64,000 nt of DNA from the human T2T-CHM13v2.0 reference genome, Homo sapiens, in the NCBI RefSeq assembly GCF_009914755.1, contig NC_060929.1, one strand, 5' to 3'. Position 1 is the first letter of the stretch; each line of letters starts with the position of its first letter. The notes under the pieces are model-generated. The model made no database searches, had not been told where the DNA came from, and worked only from the letters and a program-made list of their open reading frames with translations. Made by a program: the position numbers and the translations under genes. Shown here in pieces: positions 1-14,537 of this stretch.

Positions 1-1999
1 AGGAAGATCTCCAAAAATGCTTTTTATCTGAACACTTTTCCCCATGGATATACAGAGAGTAAGCAGAGAAGGTCCCATTCAGAAATCAGCCTCCCTACAC
101 TGAGTGAGTAGATCTGGTTCTTCTGAGGCAGTCTCCTCACCTGCTGATGATGTCATCAAATGCACATTATAAAAGTTTGCATGTTGTCAAAAGGAAACAG
201 GATGACCAAGTTCTCACACATCCTAGTGCTTACCACTCTTTCCACTCCCAGAAAAGAAGCAGTTCCCCCTTCCCTGGTTTGCAAGATAGATATATAATAA
301 AATTTGCCTTCCCCACAACTTAGAAAAGAAAAGCATGGTGATTTAGAGTAAGAAAGTTATTTACTTTCACTCTAGCAAAGCAGAAAAGGTAATAGAGTGA
401 TATGGATATTATAACACAGAGAGAATGGCTGATGGCATCATAATAGGATGCACTGGACTATTGAGAAATTCCTTGCAGGAGAGGGTGATATATAGAAGGG
501 CAATGGATTAGAAGTCAGGATCTCAGGGTCTGCACCCACTTCTGGGAAGCCTTTCAACTTGTCCTAAATGAAGGTTATCATGTTCTTCTCATTGAATAAG
601 GTTTATTTTTAATTATTTTCTTCAAAAAATAGAAGAAAAACATTCAGGTAGCATAAAACAAGCCTAATTTGGTATCATATATCAAATTTTGATATCTTTT
701 TGTGGAACTCAACACACGAATCTGTGCTGTAAGGATGCAGAAGTACAGTATCAAACTTCAGAGAGGGGGACAATTTCAGTTACTCTTTTATCCTGAGGTC
801 TACATGCGTCACCTTTGTGTAAATTTAAAAAGACTAACCTGAGCATGTTTCTTAATCTAGCCTCCATTCCTTGTGCCCACGGCTATGGCCTTTAAATCCT
901 AATGCATGACGATGTACTCAGCTGGGCCAAGACATTTAGAAAGCAGTATGAACAGTGCTTTGTTCTAGAGGCAAGGAACCCACATGATCACTTGTGCAAT
1001 TCCCAGTCCTCTGTTTGGGAGGTAACTACTGGAAGCCACCTGAGGACTTTCTTCAGAATGAGTGGTTCTGACTCACTGAGAGACACTTCACTGCCAGTCC
1101 ACAAGCCATTTTCAATTAAGCAAATAATGTAGTATCCAGAATACTCTCTAACATTTAATGTTGAAGATTCACTTAGACTAGGAAAATCTTCAGTTAAAAG
1201 GCAGAAACTTCTCACTTTAAATGAGCATAAAATTTAGTTTGTCAATTTTGATAGCACTCACTATAAAATAGCAGTTCTATTGGACTGCTCTCTTGGTTAA
1301 AAAAAAATCTGCCGATAATAACTTGGCACATTTGAGCTATTTTTGCTTCCACACCTGAGGCGAGTAGCTTATATCTGAAGCCATCAATTTGTATACTTTC
1401 ACGAAGAACTGAACTATTTTCATGAACTGGTTACATCAATGATCTTTATTCTCATAATACCACCTCCTGTTATCTATTATGATCTTTCTTATAACAGAAG
1501 GAAACATTAAGGAGAATACTGGCCTTAAGACTTTTTTTTGCATGCATATGATAGTTATTATTTTCAGGCACTTGCTTTTTTAAAAGACTGATGTATTTGT
1601 GAAATATATCTTAATATTCTATTGTCTTTCTTCAAAACTGTCAAGAAAATCAACTAGAAAGCAGGAAACTTCTTACAAAAAATTAAAAATAGAAACAGAA
1701 TCAGATCGAACAACTGAGGATCATGCATTGCTTGGGAAAAGTAAGGTTAATAATTAATATACCCCTAACTTTCTAGCCAGCACCTCCTGCTCCCAAGGTG
1801 AGGACAGGCCCAGAGTCCCATTGTGCCTTTGGTAGTCTAAATCAATTAAAAATTGAGCTATGACTGGCCCAGTTTTTTCCATTTTCACCTCCCTCAGCTT
1901 ACATTTTCTTTTGACTTGCTTTATGACAGATAAGAGAAGAAACAGTCATGTAATGAGTCCTTACCACAAGACTTATCTTTCTTTTCTCTATTTAATTCT

Positions 2000-2330
2000 G
2001 TTGCCTATTTATGAAAATAAAACTCGCTCATTTTAGAAATGTAACAAACGCATCATGTGTAAAGAGGAAAGTCCAAATACTCCTAATCTAACCACCATCA
2101 ATATTTGCTGTGCAACCTTCCACTCCTCTTTTTATAAGTAAATATATAATCACATGTGAATGGAATCATATTAAGCATATTGTTTTGTAACCTTATATTG
2201 TTATGAAAGTTATATCATGGAAATGTTTCCATGTCAATATAGTCATACATCATCCTTTTAATGGACATAAAATATTCCACTGTGTGGATGCATCATCCAT
2301 CATTTATCTAATCCGTCACATTGATATATG
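2000..2330 (-). mobile_element. Old L1M (L1ME-like) 3' fragment
   Basis: aatggaatcata, tttccatgtcaata and atattccactgtgtggatg motifs typical of the antisense L1ME 3' end. Confidence 0.6.
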
Positions 2331-2349
2331 ATATCAAGACATAATATGG

Positions 2350-3040
2350 TGATATGGTTTGGATTTGTGTCCCCGCCCAAATTTCATGTCAAATTATAAT
2401 CCCCAGAGTTACAGGAGGGGCCTGGTGGGAGGTGATTGGATCATGGGGGCAGATTTCCTCTTGCTGTTCTCATGAGAGCGAGTGAGTTCTCGTGAGATCT
2501 GGTTGTTTAAAAGTGTGTAGCACCTCCCCCTGCCCACTCTTCTTCCTCCTGCTCCGGCCACGTAAGATGTGCCTCCTTCCTTTTCACCTTCTGCCATAAT
2601 TATGCATTTCCTCCGCATGATGCTCCCCAGCCATGCTTGCTGTATGGCTTGTGGAACTGTGAGTCAATTAAACCTCTTTACAAATTACCCAGTTTCAGGT
2701 AATTCTTTTTTTTTTTTTTTTGAGATGTAGTCTCGCTCTGTCACCCAGGCTGGAGTGCAGTGGCACGATCTCACCTCACTGCAACCTCCACCTCCCAGCT
2801 TTAAGCAATTCTCTGCCTCAGCCTCCAGAGTAGCTGGGATTACAGGCGTGTGCCACCACATTCAGCTAATTTTTTGTATTTTTAGTAGAGATGGGGTTTC
2901 ACCATCTTGGCCAGGCTGTTCTTGAACTCCTGACCTCGTGATCCACCCACCTCGGCCCCCCAAAGTGCTGGGATTACAGGCATGAGCCACCGCACCTAGC
3001 CGAGTAGTTCTTTGTAGCAATGTGAGAACAGATTAATACA
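2350..3040 (+). mobile_element. MSTA-like MaLR solo LTR interrupted by an Alu
   Basis: Starts tgatatggtttggatttgtgtcccc, ends gattaataca; 5-bp TSD tatgg/tacgg. Confidence 0.9.
2706..3001 (-). mobile_element. AluS inside the MST LTR
   Basis: Poly-T followed by an antisense Alu; TSD gtaattcttt/gtagttcttt. Confidence 0.95.
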
Positions 3041-3984
3041 TACGGAAATAAAGTCCAGAAATAAGGCTGTATGTCCACGACAGAAGTTCAGAGACAAAGC
3101 TGCCTCGTAGCACCTGAAATTTCTTGAAATTTGAGAAAGAATAATTAAGCCCTTTCAAGTCAGCAAATGGCCAAATGAGGAGGTGAAATCACCAGAGGTC
3201 CTGGTGTTTCTAGAAGATGGGGTGTATTGCCACCATGACTATGTTAGTGAAGCTCAGGTGTGACCAGAGGTCGCTGGTGGGGTTCAGAGTCTGGTAGGTA
3301 GATAGAGCTCAGCTAAAGGTTTAATCGGAGCCTTCGTTAGATAAAGGCATGGTGCAGGGGCACAAAGGCACAAGAAATACCTGTTAGGGTTTAGAGAGTA
3401 ACACAGGCTAGCATGTAGAATCTGATATACCAAAGCCACCCCAGCCAGGAGACATCTGGCAGAAGCTGATTCCAAACATACAGGTGAGGAGTCTAAGTAC
3501 CACGAAGTTAGAGGAAAGAAGTGAGAAATAGACTTCAAGAGACTGAGAACAGCATCTCTGAATCTAAAGCACAAGTGTATACCCACATAGTCATATAGCC
3601 AGCGGGGGGGGACTCAGACAGGGGCTGTCAAACCTCTGCCGTGAAAATCATCACCCTGTGGACAGATCAGTGCCAGTACATGTGGTCTGGCACCCAGGGA
3701 AAGCAAAATTCTGCTGGTGCTGTTAATTTCAGATAAAAACTGAGTTATCTGTGGAGTCTTCACAGTTTCTACAACAGGCCAACACTTTGTAAAGAGGGTA
3801 AGCAGTTTTCTAGTGAGTTGAAGTGATGCAGGCAGCCAAACCTCAGAAATTTGGCCAAAGTAATTCACTTGATAATTCTCAGCTCTGAAAGGTGGGCTGA
3901 AAACAGGCACTCTAGTTTTCTTCCATTATGCATTTCTGGCAGCCACCCAGCCACCAGATTCTTAGCTTTATTCTACACACTCAT

Positions 3985-5950
3985 TTCATTCATTCATTCT
4001 TTGAATAAATATTTATTGAGCACCTGCTCTGTGTCAGATACTCTGCTGTGTACTGCAGAGGGTTAAATAAATCACAGTCCTTGCTGAATTCAAAAAGAAG
4101 AGAAATAATACTGTACCATAAATGCAAGAAAAAGAGGCTGCAGAGGTATTTGGGGTAAAAGATAAACATTTCCTCTTTTTTTGGCAAAGATTCACCTCAT
4201 TTTACAAATCAGTTGAAGACTTGGTGAGGAGAGATAAGCATTCTTCTGATATTTCTACTAGCATTCGTTAGGTACTCAGTGGATTGGAAGCACTAAGCTA
4301 GACAACGGTCATATTCATATTCACCAAATATTTACTAATCACCTACTATTATGTCACGCATTGTTCTAGGCTCAGGGGATAAAATAGAGAACACGAGAGA
4401 CATGGAGGCTTATAGCCTACTAGTAGGAAAAGAGAATAGGCAAGAAAAATATGGGTGATAAGAGCTATGCAGAAAATTAAAATGATAATGATGTGATAGA
4501 GTGTCCAAGAGGCAGCTGTAGATTAAGTGGTCATGATGGCCTCTCTGACATCTAAATTGAACTCTAAAGGGTGAGAAAAAGCCAGCCCCTGACACAGTGG
4601 AGTCCAGCTCACATTTGTATAAGACTTCCAAGGCTAGGCCATATGTAGTGAACCTCCAGAACAGCAAGAAGAGGAATGGGGCTGGAGTAGAAGGGTGGAA
4701 GAAGACAGGTCAGAGTGGAAGGCAGAGACCTGTCTTGAACATGCTGACTTTGAAATGCCTACAGGATCATGCAGCACCAAGCTAGAGAATGGGCAGGGAG
4801 CATCCTCAATCACCTAGGTGCTCAAAACAAAAGAAGTGACTCTTGATCCCAGCACTGCTTTCCCCCATAGCAATCACAATGGCACCACTGAGAAAAGTTA
4901 AAATCCTGCTTTGAAGCTTATTTTATAAATTTCTTTGCCATATTTCTTATGTAGTTGAGTGGATCAGTTAATCACTCATTTAACAAATATTGTTGAGTGC
5001 CTAATACGTACCAGCCACAAACAGGTAGCTGGGAGGCAGACAACAAATAAGAAGGGTACAAACAACAGATAAAATATGCAGTATCAGATGGTGATATGTG
5101 CTTTGAAGAAAATAAGGCTGAATAAAGGAGTACAGCCCAAGGACTATTTTAGATCAGGGATCTGGGAAGTGACACTTGAGCAGAGACCTGAATGATGAGA
5201 AGGAGGGTGCCATATGAAAGAGGGGATCATATGAAGATTATGGGAGATGGGAGGAGCATCTCAGGTGAAGGGAACAGCAAGAACTGCCCCAGAAGCTTGC
5301 TGAGTCCAAGCAGCAGCAAAAAGGCCAGAGTGGCTGGAACACAGTAAGTAAGGGTGTAAATGTCAGAGGTAACCAGGGCTAGATCATGGGGTCCCTTTGA
5401 GCCACGGCTATTCTGTGTGTGATGGGAAGCTCAAGGAGTGTCATATTTTAATACTTGCATTTCAATAAATTCACTCCCACTGCTATGTGGAGATTAGATG
5501 GGGAATCTAAGAAAGAAAAGCTGGAAACCAACTAAGAGGCTGCGACTTGAATCTACACAAGATGTGGTGATGGTAGCTGGCCCAAAGCAGCAGCCTTGGA
5601 AGAAGGGAGAAGTGGTCAGAATCAGGCTACATATTGAAAGTAAACTGGGCAGGGTTTGATGACAGGGGAGACCAAGAAGAACCGAGGATGGCCGTTAGTT
5701 TTGGGCCCTGAGCTTCTCGGTAGATGATGGCAGCAGTAACTGAGGGAGGAGCAGCTTTGGATGGCAGGAAGAGTCCAGGGGTGAAGGTAGAGATAGCAGT
5801 GTGCAGGGTATATCCTGGACAGCTCACATTTGAAATTTCCATTGGATGTCCAAGCAGATATTTGAGTTGGCAGTTAGATATTTGAGTATGTAGTTCAGGA
5901 AAGAGAGAGAGTTAAAGATAGGATGCAAGGAGTCATTGGCATTAAAGTAT
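3985..5950 (-). mobile_element. Cluster of L2 3' fragments (about 3985-4180, 4312-4790, 4970-5950)
   Basis: Repeated cattcattc...aaatatttattgagcacct L2 tails followed by purine-rich antisense L2 body. Confidence 0.75.
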
Positions 5951-7014
5951 TAAAGTATGTGTACATTGGTGCTTCCTTCTTAGCATAGACTTGGGTAATG
6001 GGGCAGTGTGCACTGAACATGTGTTTGTTCTTTCCTTATGTTATGTCCTTCTCTGGGACAGTAGATGATACTGGGAACGTTACATCTGCTTGAAAAAATA
6101 AAGAGAATCCTGACAACCATATCTTTAACAAAAGAATAGAAGCACTGACAGAGTTTGACTTGATCTGAGGAAAGTTCTGAAATTCTGACAGTCTTCTAGT
6201 GTATAATTTTATTAGATTTGGACTTTTCATGTCTTTCTGATTTTATGAACCTGCTATTCAACTGCATCCTCATATATAACTGCTACCAGGAGGTGAAATA
6301 GTTTATGCATGTTTCTTTAAGAGAAATGTAATCATCTGCAAATTCTTCAAGATATAAATTTACATTTAATATTCTACACCAGGGAATATTGGCAATATAC
6401 AGTATTTTGATCAGATTCTTTCTGATAAAATATGAAGCTCTGAAGAGTGTTACTGAAAAACAGTAACTAAGTCACATGCGAAAACGTTCCTAAACCTTAA
6501 AATCACATTCCATGGGAATAAATCTAGTTGCATCTGGTTTAGAAAAGTGTAGTCCAGACAATGGTGCTGCAATCCATTCCATCATGATCATTGTAATTAT
6601 CTTTGCTGGGTTGTTTCTATGTAATTTAATTATTCACTTCAATACAGAATAGTATTATTAAAGAATAAGGAGGGTAATTATTAATATGTTCTGCCCCAGG
6701 GTGAGAGTAGGATGCTTAATTAATGAACCACCCTCTTTCTTACTTTATGAATGGCTCAGTGATGTTGCAGTACAGCAGGTTGTTAGGTATTCTCTCCTGC
6801 TAATGGGTTATCCACATCATTTTCTCAACTAGAGTAGAAAAGGAGTTACTATCTATAACCCAGAAATGATATTGGCAGAGAAACTGAATAATCACTGAAA
6901 CAGCTTGAAATAGTGTTCATTCTGGACGACTGACAAAATGCAACGGGGAAATATGGTTTTTCAGGCTTGATGCAAGCCTGAGTCCAGTTCGGGTTTTCCT
7001 TGAGATGGCCTACC

Positions 7015-7232
7015 TCTTCCCCTCAGATGCTTCTTATCTTTGAGAGTTTCTAAAAGATAAACTTCCAAGAACCTGTTATAAGAAAATGTCTCTAATGTCT
7101 AGCATCTTGTTATAGTTTGGTCTAATTTTTCCCCTCTATGTTTCTTATTTTTGAGAGTTTCTAAAATATAAACTTCCCTGAACTTGTTATAAGAAAATAT
7201 GTTTAATAAATGGCATCTTGTTATACTTTGCC
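7015..7232. repeat. Diverged two-copy tandem duplication, period about 111 bp
   Basis: ttcttat.tttgagagtttctaaaa.ataaacttcc...tgttataagaaaat...gcatcttgttata.tttg begins at both 7031 and 7142. Confidence 0.9.
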
Positions 7233-10200
7233 TTCTTTAAAAACCTTGGGATCTCTTTAAACCTAAAACAGGAAGTGAAATTTGAAGGGCTAACATGAAT
7301 TTTACCAAACAACACAGTCTGGGCCAATAATTAATATTAATTATCATAATTAGTCATAATCTTTTTTACTTTACATGTGTTATTTTATACCTTCTTATTT
7401 ACATAAAATTCACAGGAAACAGGACAAAACTCAATAGGAAGAGATTGGATTCTGAAACACACACTCATATATACTCACACACGTAAAAACATGTACATTA
7501 CAGAATACTTAATAAATTTACACTTTTGAATTAAATAAGAATGGTTTAAAAATATTTAAAGAATACTTCAAGTGTTTCAGAAAAGACTAAGAATGCTTCA
7601 CTATATTTGTAATTTGGCCCATAGAGCAATAAATGTTTCCCTATTATATCTGAACATATAGAGGCCAAACGCCCAACTTTAGCATCACCAGCTCCTGCTC
7701 TACCAAGATCAATTAGACAATGAACAAATGTCTTTAGAAGTAGGAAAACCATGAGTAAGCTACCTAAAATTTTACTTAGCAATTGCTTGTTGGAGAAGGG
7801 ACAATGCTAGATACCAGATGAATAATTATGATGAAGAATATGAATAAATAATTTATATAAATATGGGTATACATATGTAAGAAGTCCTGCTTTAAAAGAG
7901 ATTCTGTTTTGTCAAGGAATAAGTATTTAGCTAAATACTAGTAATTTAAATGAGATTAAAAAAACCTCTTTAAACTCTTAGTTAACATAAAGAATCCATC
8001 AAAATCATGGGCTTATTGTACTTTAATGCATGAAAGGAAAAATGGAAAATTCAAGAAGCTTGTTTTCTAGGTTGCTTAAAAAACTCACATATATTTATAA
8101 ATTTTGTATTATTTAGCAACAAATTAATAGGCAAGAGAAGCAATTAGACATTTAAAGTTTCAGAAGTTAAAAGTTAAAATTTTTAGGACATAGCAATAAT
8201 TTTCAGAGTCTAGGTATTGTCAATAACTTTTTTGTAACAGTTGCAAGGACAAGTTTTAAAGTAGCAGAAATCAGAAAAGAATGGTTATAGTTACACAAGT
8301 CTCCAGAGTTAAGATCTAGACTGTTGTGAATGTCTCAAGTTCAAAATTTTTCTTTACAAAATAAAATCTGAATATCTGTTTTTGCAGAAGTGAAAACATC
8401 TTTTTTTTTCTTTCTTTTTTCTTTTTCTTTTTCTTTTTTTTTTTTTGAGATTCTTTTTCCTGGCAGAGGTTAATGGCAAAGTCCACCTCTCAAGGCTAAG
8501 CACTACAATCTCATTTGTTAGCACCAAGAGATAAGAGAAGGCTTGGTAAACTCAAAGTGTATAAAATGGAAATAGAAAAGAGCAACGTTGAAATACTACT
8601 GAGTAAAGCAGAAATATGCTAGGTGGTTGCACTGGTAACTCCCAATAAAAGCACACCTCTAGGTATCCATACACTTCTATAGTCCTCTCAAGCTGACTCT
8701 GGGCTTGGCTATATGAAATGCATGGGCTAATGCGACATGGATGTGAGCAGAGGCTTGATAAGTGCAGTCTTGAATGGCAGAACCAGGAGAATTGACTGTA
8801 CTTGGTTAACAATAGGGAACTAGTGAAGGTTTTTCAGCAAGGGACTGACAGGACCAATGTAGTGCTTCAAGACTATGAACCTGATGATGGTATTAAAATA
8901 AAGTCACATGGGATGGGGTGTTTGGAGATCCTGGTAGGGTGAACATTTGTGAGATTATTGTTCTTTAAGTGAGTCTCTCCATTAGAATAGAAGGGCAGAA
9001 AATCAATACTGGAAATAGTCTGTGTGTTAAGAAAGGACTTCAGGGAAGAAAGACTAATGCACCACAGTGATGCAGCAGCTCTCTCAGACCACTATGGACA
9101 GAGGTGGACAGCCTTAGCCAAGTCCCTGGAGAATGTTCTCCAAGGTTGAATAAATCTTTTCATTGTCATGAGAACAAAGAAGACAAGAGAGAAGGCTCAT
9201 CGTGCTTGTCTTTTGATTTTTATCTTATTTCTGGGCATCCCATGAAAGCACACTTCAACTTATTTCCTTGAATTCTAAATTTCTAACTATTCCAGATGAC
9301 TGCATTTCAGCATAATAATCTAAATCTTTGCATTCTTCTAATTTTCAGCATTCATATGCCAAAAATCTTAAATTGCTTAAAGATTATATATCAGGTAAGG
9401 AAATTATAGGTCTATTGTATAGAGAATCATAAGAGTGGAGAAGTAAAATCTTTTTCAGTAACAAAGAAAAATCATGTTGCATTCACAGGACCATGAAGCC
9501 AAGGGTGAAAGTGTCAGGTTTTAGGTAGGAAGGAAGAACAACCCAAAAGAAGCAGGCATTTTATGCTTTTCATGCATCGTCTGACCAACCTGACCTAGAA
9601 GCCTACATAGATTCTCCCAGGAGAGCAATAGACACACACTATGTATCTGGGAAAGTAGTCATAAAGATTTCAGATAAAGTCCTAAGAGGGCTAGGCCAAC
9701 AGTGGGATAAGCCAACCTAGCTCAGCTTAGTGGCATTTTGTAAACCAGTCACATGAAGAGATAAAGGCAAGTTATAAGCCTAGGGCCAGGGGACTAACCA
9801 CTATAGATGTGGCTTAGAATGGAGTACATACTGCTCCTACTTAGTATTCATTGTTAAGGCAGCAGAGACTCATACACAGAAAGAGGTGCAAGGAAGAACC
9901 CCTATTAGTAAAAGCATGTTTCTGAGAACCCAAATAAGGGACTGTCCTAAATGAACTTGGAATAGCATTCAAGTCACTCCCCATCATAGGACTGCAACTA
10001 CCTGTTTCAGAAGGAAAATAAGTAAGAATTCACCAAGGAGTGGGCCAGAAATGTCTAACGGATAGCAAAGAGTCAGCTTTCAAGGTGTGTTTGTGTGGAA
10101 AGTAGGTGGCTACTCCCCTTGAATAATTTGTGAGGAGTCAGAAGAGCTCTAATGAGTAAATACCAACATTTTGGTTATTCAGAGTTTGTGCAGCAGTTCA

Positions 10201-10349
10201 CACTGGGTACCTTGATTGAGGCTGGTACTGATTCAAGAGCTCTGGGGGAAAGGAGGCACAGCTGTCAATCAGTGGCATTCCTCAAAATCAAGTGAACAGC
10301 ATCAAGATGAAGACGCAGTGAACCATTAGGTTTAGGGGCTGATCAGTTG

Positions 10350-11900
10350 ATCCCATCACTCCCTAGTCCCCCTACAACATCCTCTTCTAGCAATTCCCAG
10401 GACCAATTTATTCCAACCATCTGCTTTTTTTCTGCTTCTGCTCCCAAGTTGCAAATGCTGCTGGAGAAAATCGGATACCTCTGCCAGCTGGCACCAGGAC
10501 AACCTCAGCTGGGCTCTCCATGCTGCTCAGCAGTCTTTTCACGTGTCCTAACTACCTTCCATTAACAGTGCCCAGAGCAGCTGTTCCAAACTCTACACTC
10601 TTCACAAGCTTCCTGGAGCTCTCCTCCCTTTGCATTCTCAGCTACTGGCCTTGCTCTGACATCACTGAGAAAATAGAGGGCATCAACTCTGTACCCCTAC
10701 TCCCTAGTGTAGCACCTGAGACATAGTATGTTGAAATGGATCAATGAATGAATAAATTAATTCACTCATGAATGTAACTGGTAAGCACCAGTTTCTCTTT
10801 CTCTCTTACCTGGTATCAGATCTATCCTTGCTTCCTGTACACATACCTGGGAGGGAGGGAGAATTCTCTGCCTTTCCAAGGCCAGTGCTTCCACCTAAGC
10901 TCTTGATTCTATTAATATCTGCTCCCCTCTCCTCTGGGATCATTTATATACCCTTTCTTCTGTACCTCTCTTTCCATCTTCTACCTTTTAGCCCACAAAC
11001 ATGCTTAAGTCTCTGTCTCTGTCTCCTACAACTAGTATGTCCTGAGCAACTTTTATGTGCCAGGCACTGTTTCTAGCACTACAGAGATATTAGTGGGGAA
11101 AAACATATAGAACATCTGCCCTTTAATGGAGGTGGGTGGATGCAGATAATAAGGTAATGAGGGATACAAATAAATGAATTTAAAATAGATGTTTATAAAT
11201 TTCTTAGAAAAAATACAAACAGGGAATGGGGGCAGAGTCTACTAGGGAGGGAGAGGGAGTAGGGATGCTACTTTAAATAAAGCAGCTAGATATAGGTGAC
11301 ATTCAAGCCATGATATGAAGGAGGTAAAGAAGCCAAGTGAAGACTCTGCATTCAAAGCAGAGGAAACAGCCATGTGAACGTCCTGTGTCAGGGCAGAGTG
11401 TCCTTAGCACAAATCAAGAAGCAAAGGAGACTGTGTGGCAGGAGCTGAGCGAGAGGTGGAACTTTAGTAGGATACAGGTCAGGGGACCAGATCTTGAGGG
11501 CCTTGTGAAGCATCGTGACTAAGGACTTTGGCTTTTGCTCTGGGGAAAATGGGAAGCTGGTGGGAAGGTTTTGAGTAGAGGAGTGGCATGGTCCAATATA
11601 TTTAAGAGGATCCCTCCAGCTTCTGTGTTATGAATTGAGTAGAGTGGGGTGGAGGAAGAAGTGGGAACCCTGGTTAGGAAGTGATTGCAATCATCTGAGA
11701 GAGAAGTGCTGTGCACGATTGCATCCTCATTTGCCACCACATTTGTCAAAAGGACTGTTTCACTCATCGCCTCCATACTTTCTGTCCTCATCTAGTCCCA
11801 TCTGGTTCATGCCCCCAGTGCTCTTCTGAAAATACTCTTGGCTGAGATCACAAATGACCTAAGTACCAAATGTCAAACCCAGGGGCTTCTCTTCAGTATC
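10350..11900. mobile_element. L2 fragments: + strand body with an antisense L2 3' piece (about 11030-11700) nested in it
   Basis: tgaatgaataaa tail at about 10745; tatgtgccaggcactgtttctag and ggactttggcttttgctct antisense L2 motifs. Confidence 0.65.
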
Positions 11901-12052
11901 TGAGGCTCCTTTATAAAACCTCAGGGCCAAAGCAAGCCCAACTGTGTCTTGACCTATAAAAGTAACACCACGTAAGAAGATCCCACCTGGCAGGTTTAAT
12001 GAAATCATGACAGCCACAGAGACTTGAATTTCCCTTTCTAATTTCCTTCAAG

Positions 12053-12360
12053 CAGGGTTTGCAGACTGAAATCTGACAAAGGCTGACAGGTAATGGGCGT
12101 GAGTGAAGGTGGATGGAAATGGGATGACCCCTCTAAGGTGGTAAATGCTTCTCACTTACACATGATACGTACCAGGTGAAAAAGTGGCTCAGGGTAGCCA
12201 GGCTTTGGAATTTTTCAAAAGAATCCTGAAATCTGAAGTTTTAGTGAAGTTTCTCCATTTGTAAAAATTGATAACTAAATTTTTTTTTAAAATACCTATA
12301 GACCAAATAGAACCTGTCTGTGAGTCATATAAAACTGCAGACCACCAGTTTTCAAATCCT
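12053..12360. mobile_element. MER102-like hAT-Charlie DNA transposon
   Basis: cagggtttgcagactgaaat...gaatcctgaaatctg...ccaccagttttcaaatcct termini and internal motifs. Confidence 0.65.
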
Positions 12361-13214
12361 CACAGAGGAATTGCTAAGTGCAGTGGTGAAGCCTCCGGGC
12401 TTCGGTCTGGTGCTCTGTAAATGCTGTGGATATGCTGATGGTAAGTGTTACTCATCATTTCCCCAATTCTCAGCCTTACACTCCTGCAGGCAACTCTAGG
12501 TTTTGACATTCTATTGCTCACATTTTCTTTTTGAGTTCCTGTTGCCTGTCCCACAGACTTGCATTTTCAATCACATACTGACCTTTTGGCCCATCACTCC
12601 CTGGCTGTGAATCTACCACACTTTTCTTCTGCTCACTCCACCTCTCACCAGACATACCAGATTCCTTCCTGGTTCTCTCTGCAGGAACTCACTCTCTCAG
12701 CCACTGTTTAGGTCATTTCTAGTTTCCTGGAGCAGATAGGTCCAGATTCAAATCCCTGCTGACTTGCTTAATAGACATTCTAAGCTTAAGGATGTCATAC
12801 AACTTCCTCATGCCTCAATTTTCTAGATCATAAATTGGATTTTTCCTCCACCCACCTTTCCCTCCCCGCTACCCCCACATACCACTCTTTTCCAAACTCT
12901 TTTGATGAAACTTCTTCTTTCTACACCTTAAATATTGGTGTTTCCCCCAGAGTTCTGCCTTTATGTTCTCATCTGAGCCTATGCATCAAGGGTGGTTCTT
13001 TTACTTTTTTAACTTCAAATAATATCTCCATTCCGAGGTCTTACAACAAAGCTAGTCTTAGCCTGTTTGTTAAGCTTCAAACTCCTTTTTCTAATGATCT
13101 CTTGACCACCTGGGTGCCCCTGTTTTACCTCAAATTCAACATAGATAAAACTAAGCCTATTATTTTCTTCTTAATCTTCCATCTTATTTATACCACTCCC
13201 CTTTTTTCTCTGCG

Positions 13215-13625
13215 ATATTGCTCACAGTAGTAACCCGCGCTGCTTAAACAGATAAACCACAAATCTTAATGGCTTAGCACAATAAAACCTGACTGCTTGC
13301 TCCCACTCCACTGGATATCACAGTCCATTGCAGTCCCACAGGGGTTGGGGAGGTTCCGCTCTATACACATTTTAGGGTCAAATTCCTTCCATCCTGTGAT
13401 GTGGCCATTGTCAATACCTTACCCGGAAGTTTAGTGCAGATGGGGAAGAGAGAATGAATAGGGCCAGAAGCAGTATGTATATAACTTCTGCCCACATTCT
13501 ATTGAGCAAAACTCAGATACATAATCCCAACTAATTGCAAAAGTTTGGGAAATCAAGTTTAGCTCTATGTTCAGAAAGAAAAGAAGAAATAAGAATATTG
13601 GACACTACTAGGATTCTCAGCTATG
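13215..13625 (-). mobile_element. MLT1J/K-like MaLR LTR
   Basis: aaatcttaatggcttagcacaataaa and cttctgcccacattctattg motifs. Confidence 0.6.
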
Positions 13626-14182
13626 CTACTGAGTCTTCCAAAATAGAAACCTGAGGATAACCTCAACTTTAGGTTTGGGTCTTAGTAGTTCTACCTCAGA
13701 AAAGTTCAGCATATTCTCTTTGCAATCCCTATCCTTGTCACTTCTCACTGGCACTTTTGACACAGCCTTCCTCTCTTCACTGGATTCCTACTGCTTGCAT
13801 CCAGGAGAAAGTCCAAGTTTGCCCAAGCCAGCTCTGGCCTTTTCAGTTCTCTCCTTCAATCCCTCCTGCAACTCACTGTATGCTATGCACCAAACTTCCT
13901 TCTTTCTTCAAACAATTTGCTTCCAAGCTCTGTGTGTATGCCAGGGTGTTCTGTGTTCTAGAACGCCTAGTCCTGCCTTGGTCACTTCAAAAACCTTCTT
14001 TGAGCATCAAGATCCACCTCAAATATTACTTTTTTTAAGAAGCTTTACCAAATCCCTTAGGATTAATGTCCATAGCAGTTCATATAGCACTATAACATTT
14101 TGGCACATTTAGTTATAGATAATTTTATATGTCTATATCTCCCATAAGACTGGGAATTTCTTGAAAGGAAAGACCATGTTTT

Positions 14183-14537
14183 TTTTTTTTTTTTTGTACT
14201 TTAAGTTATAGGGTACATGTGCACAACGTGCAGGTTTGTTACATATGTATACATGAGCCATGTTGGTGTGCTGTACCCATTAACTCGTTATTTACATTAG
14301 GTATATCTCCGAATGCTATCCTTCTCCCCTCCCCCCACCCCATGACAAGCCCTGGTGTGTGATGTTCCCCTTCCTGTGTCCAAGGTTCTCATTGTTCAAT
14401 TCCCACCTCTAAGTGAGAACATGTGGTGTTTGGTTTTTTGTCCTTGCGATAGTTTTCTGAGAATGATGATTTCCAGCTTCATCCATGTCCCTGCAAAGGA
14501 CATGAACTCATCCCTTTTTATGGCTGCATAGTATTCC
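14183..14537 (-). mobile_element. 5'-truncated L1PA (about PA4-PA5) 3' end inserted in an L2 tail
   Basis: Poly-T then tactttaagttatagggtacatgtgcacaacgtgcagg; TSD aaagaccatgtttt (14169-14182) / aaagaacatgtttt (14538-14551). Confidence 0.95.

Noticed and set aside
8400-8458. T-rich tract ending ttttgaga, resembling an Alu tail
   Set aside because: Only 4 nt of Alu-like sequence and no convincing TSD; treated as low complexity.
9083-9102. RE1-like tcagaccactatggacag
   Set aside because: Wrong half-site spacing and a poor left half.
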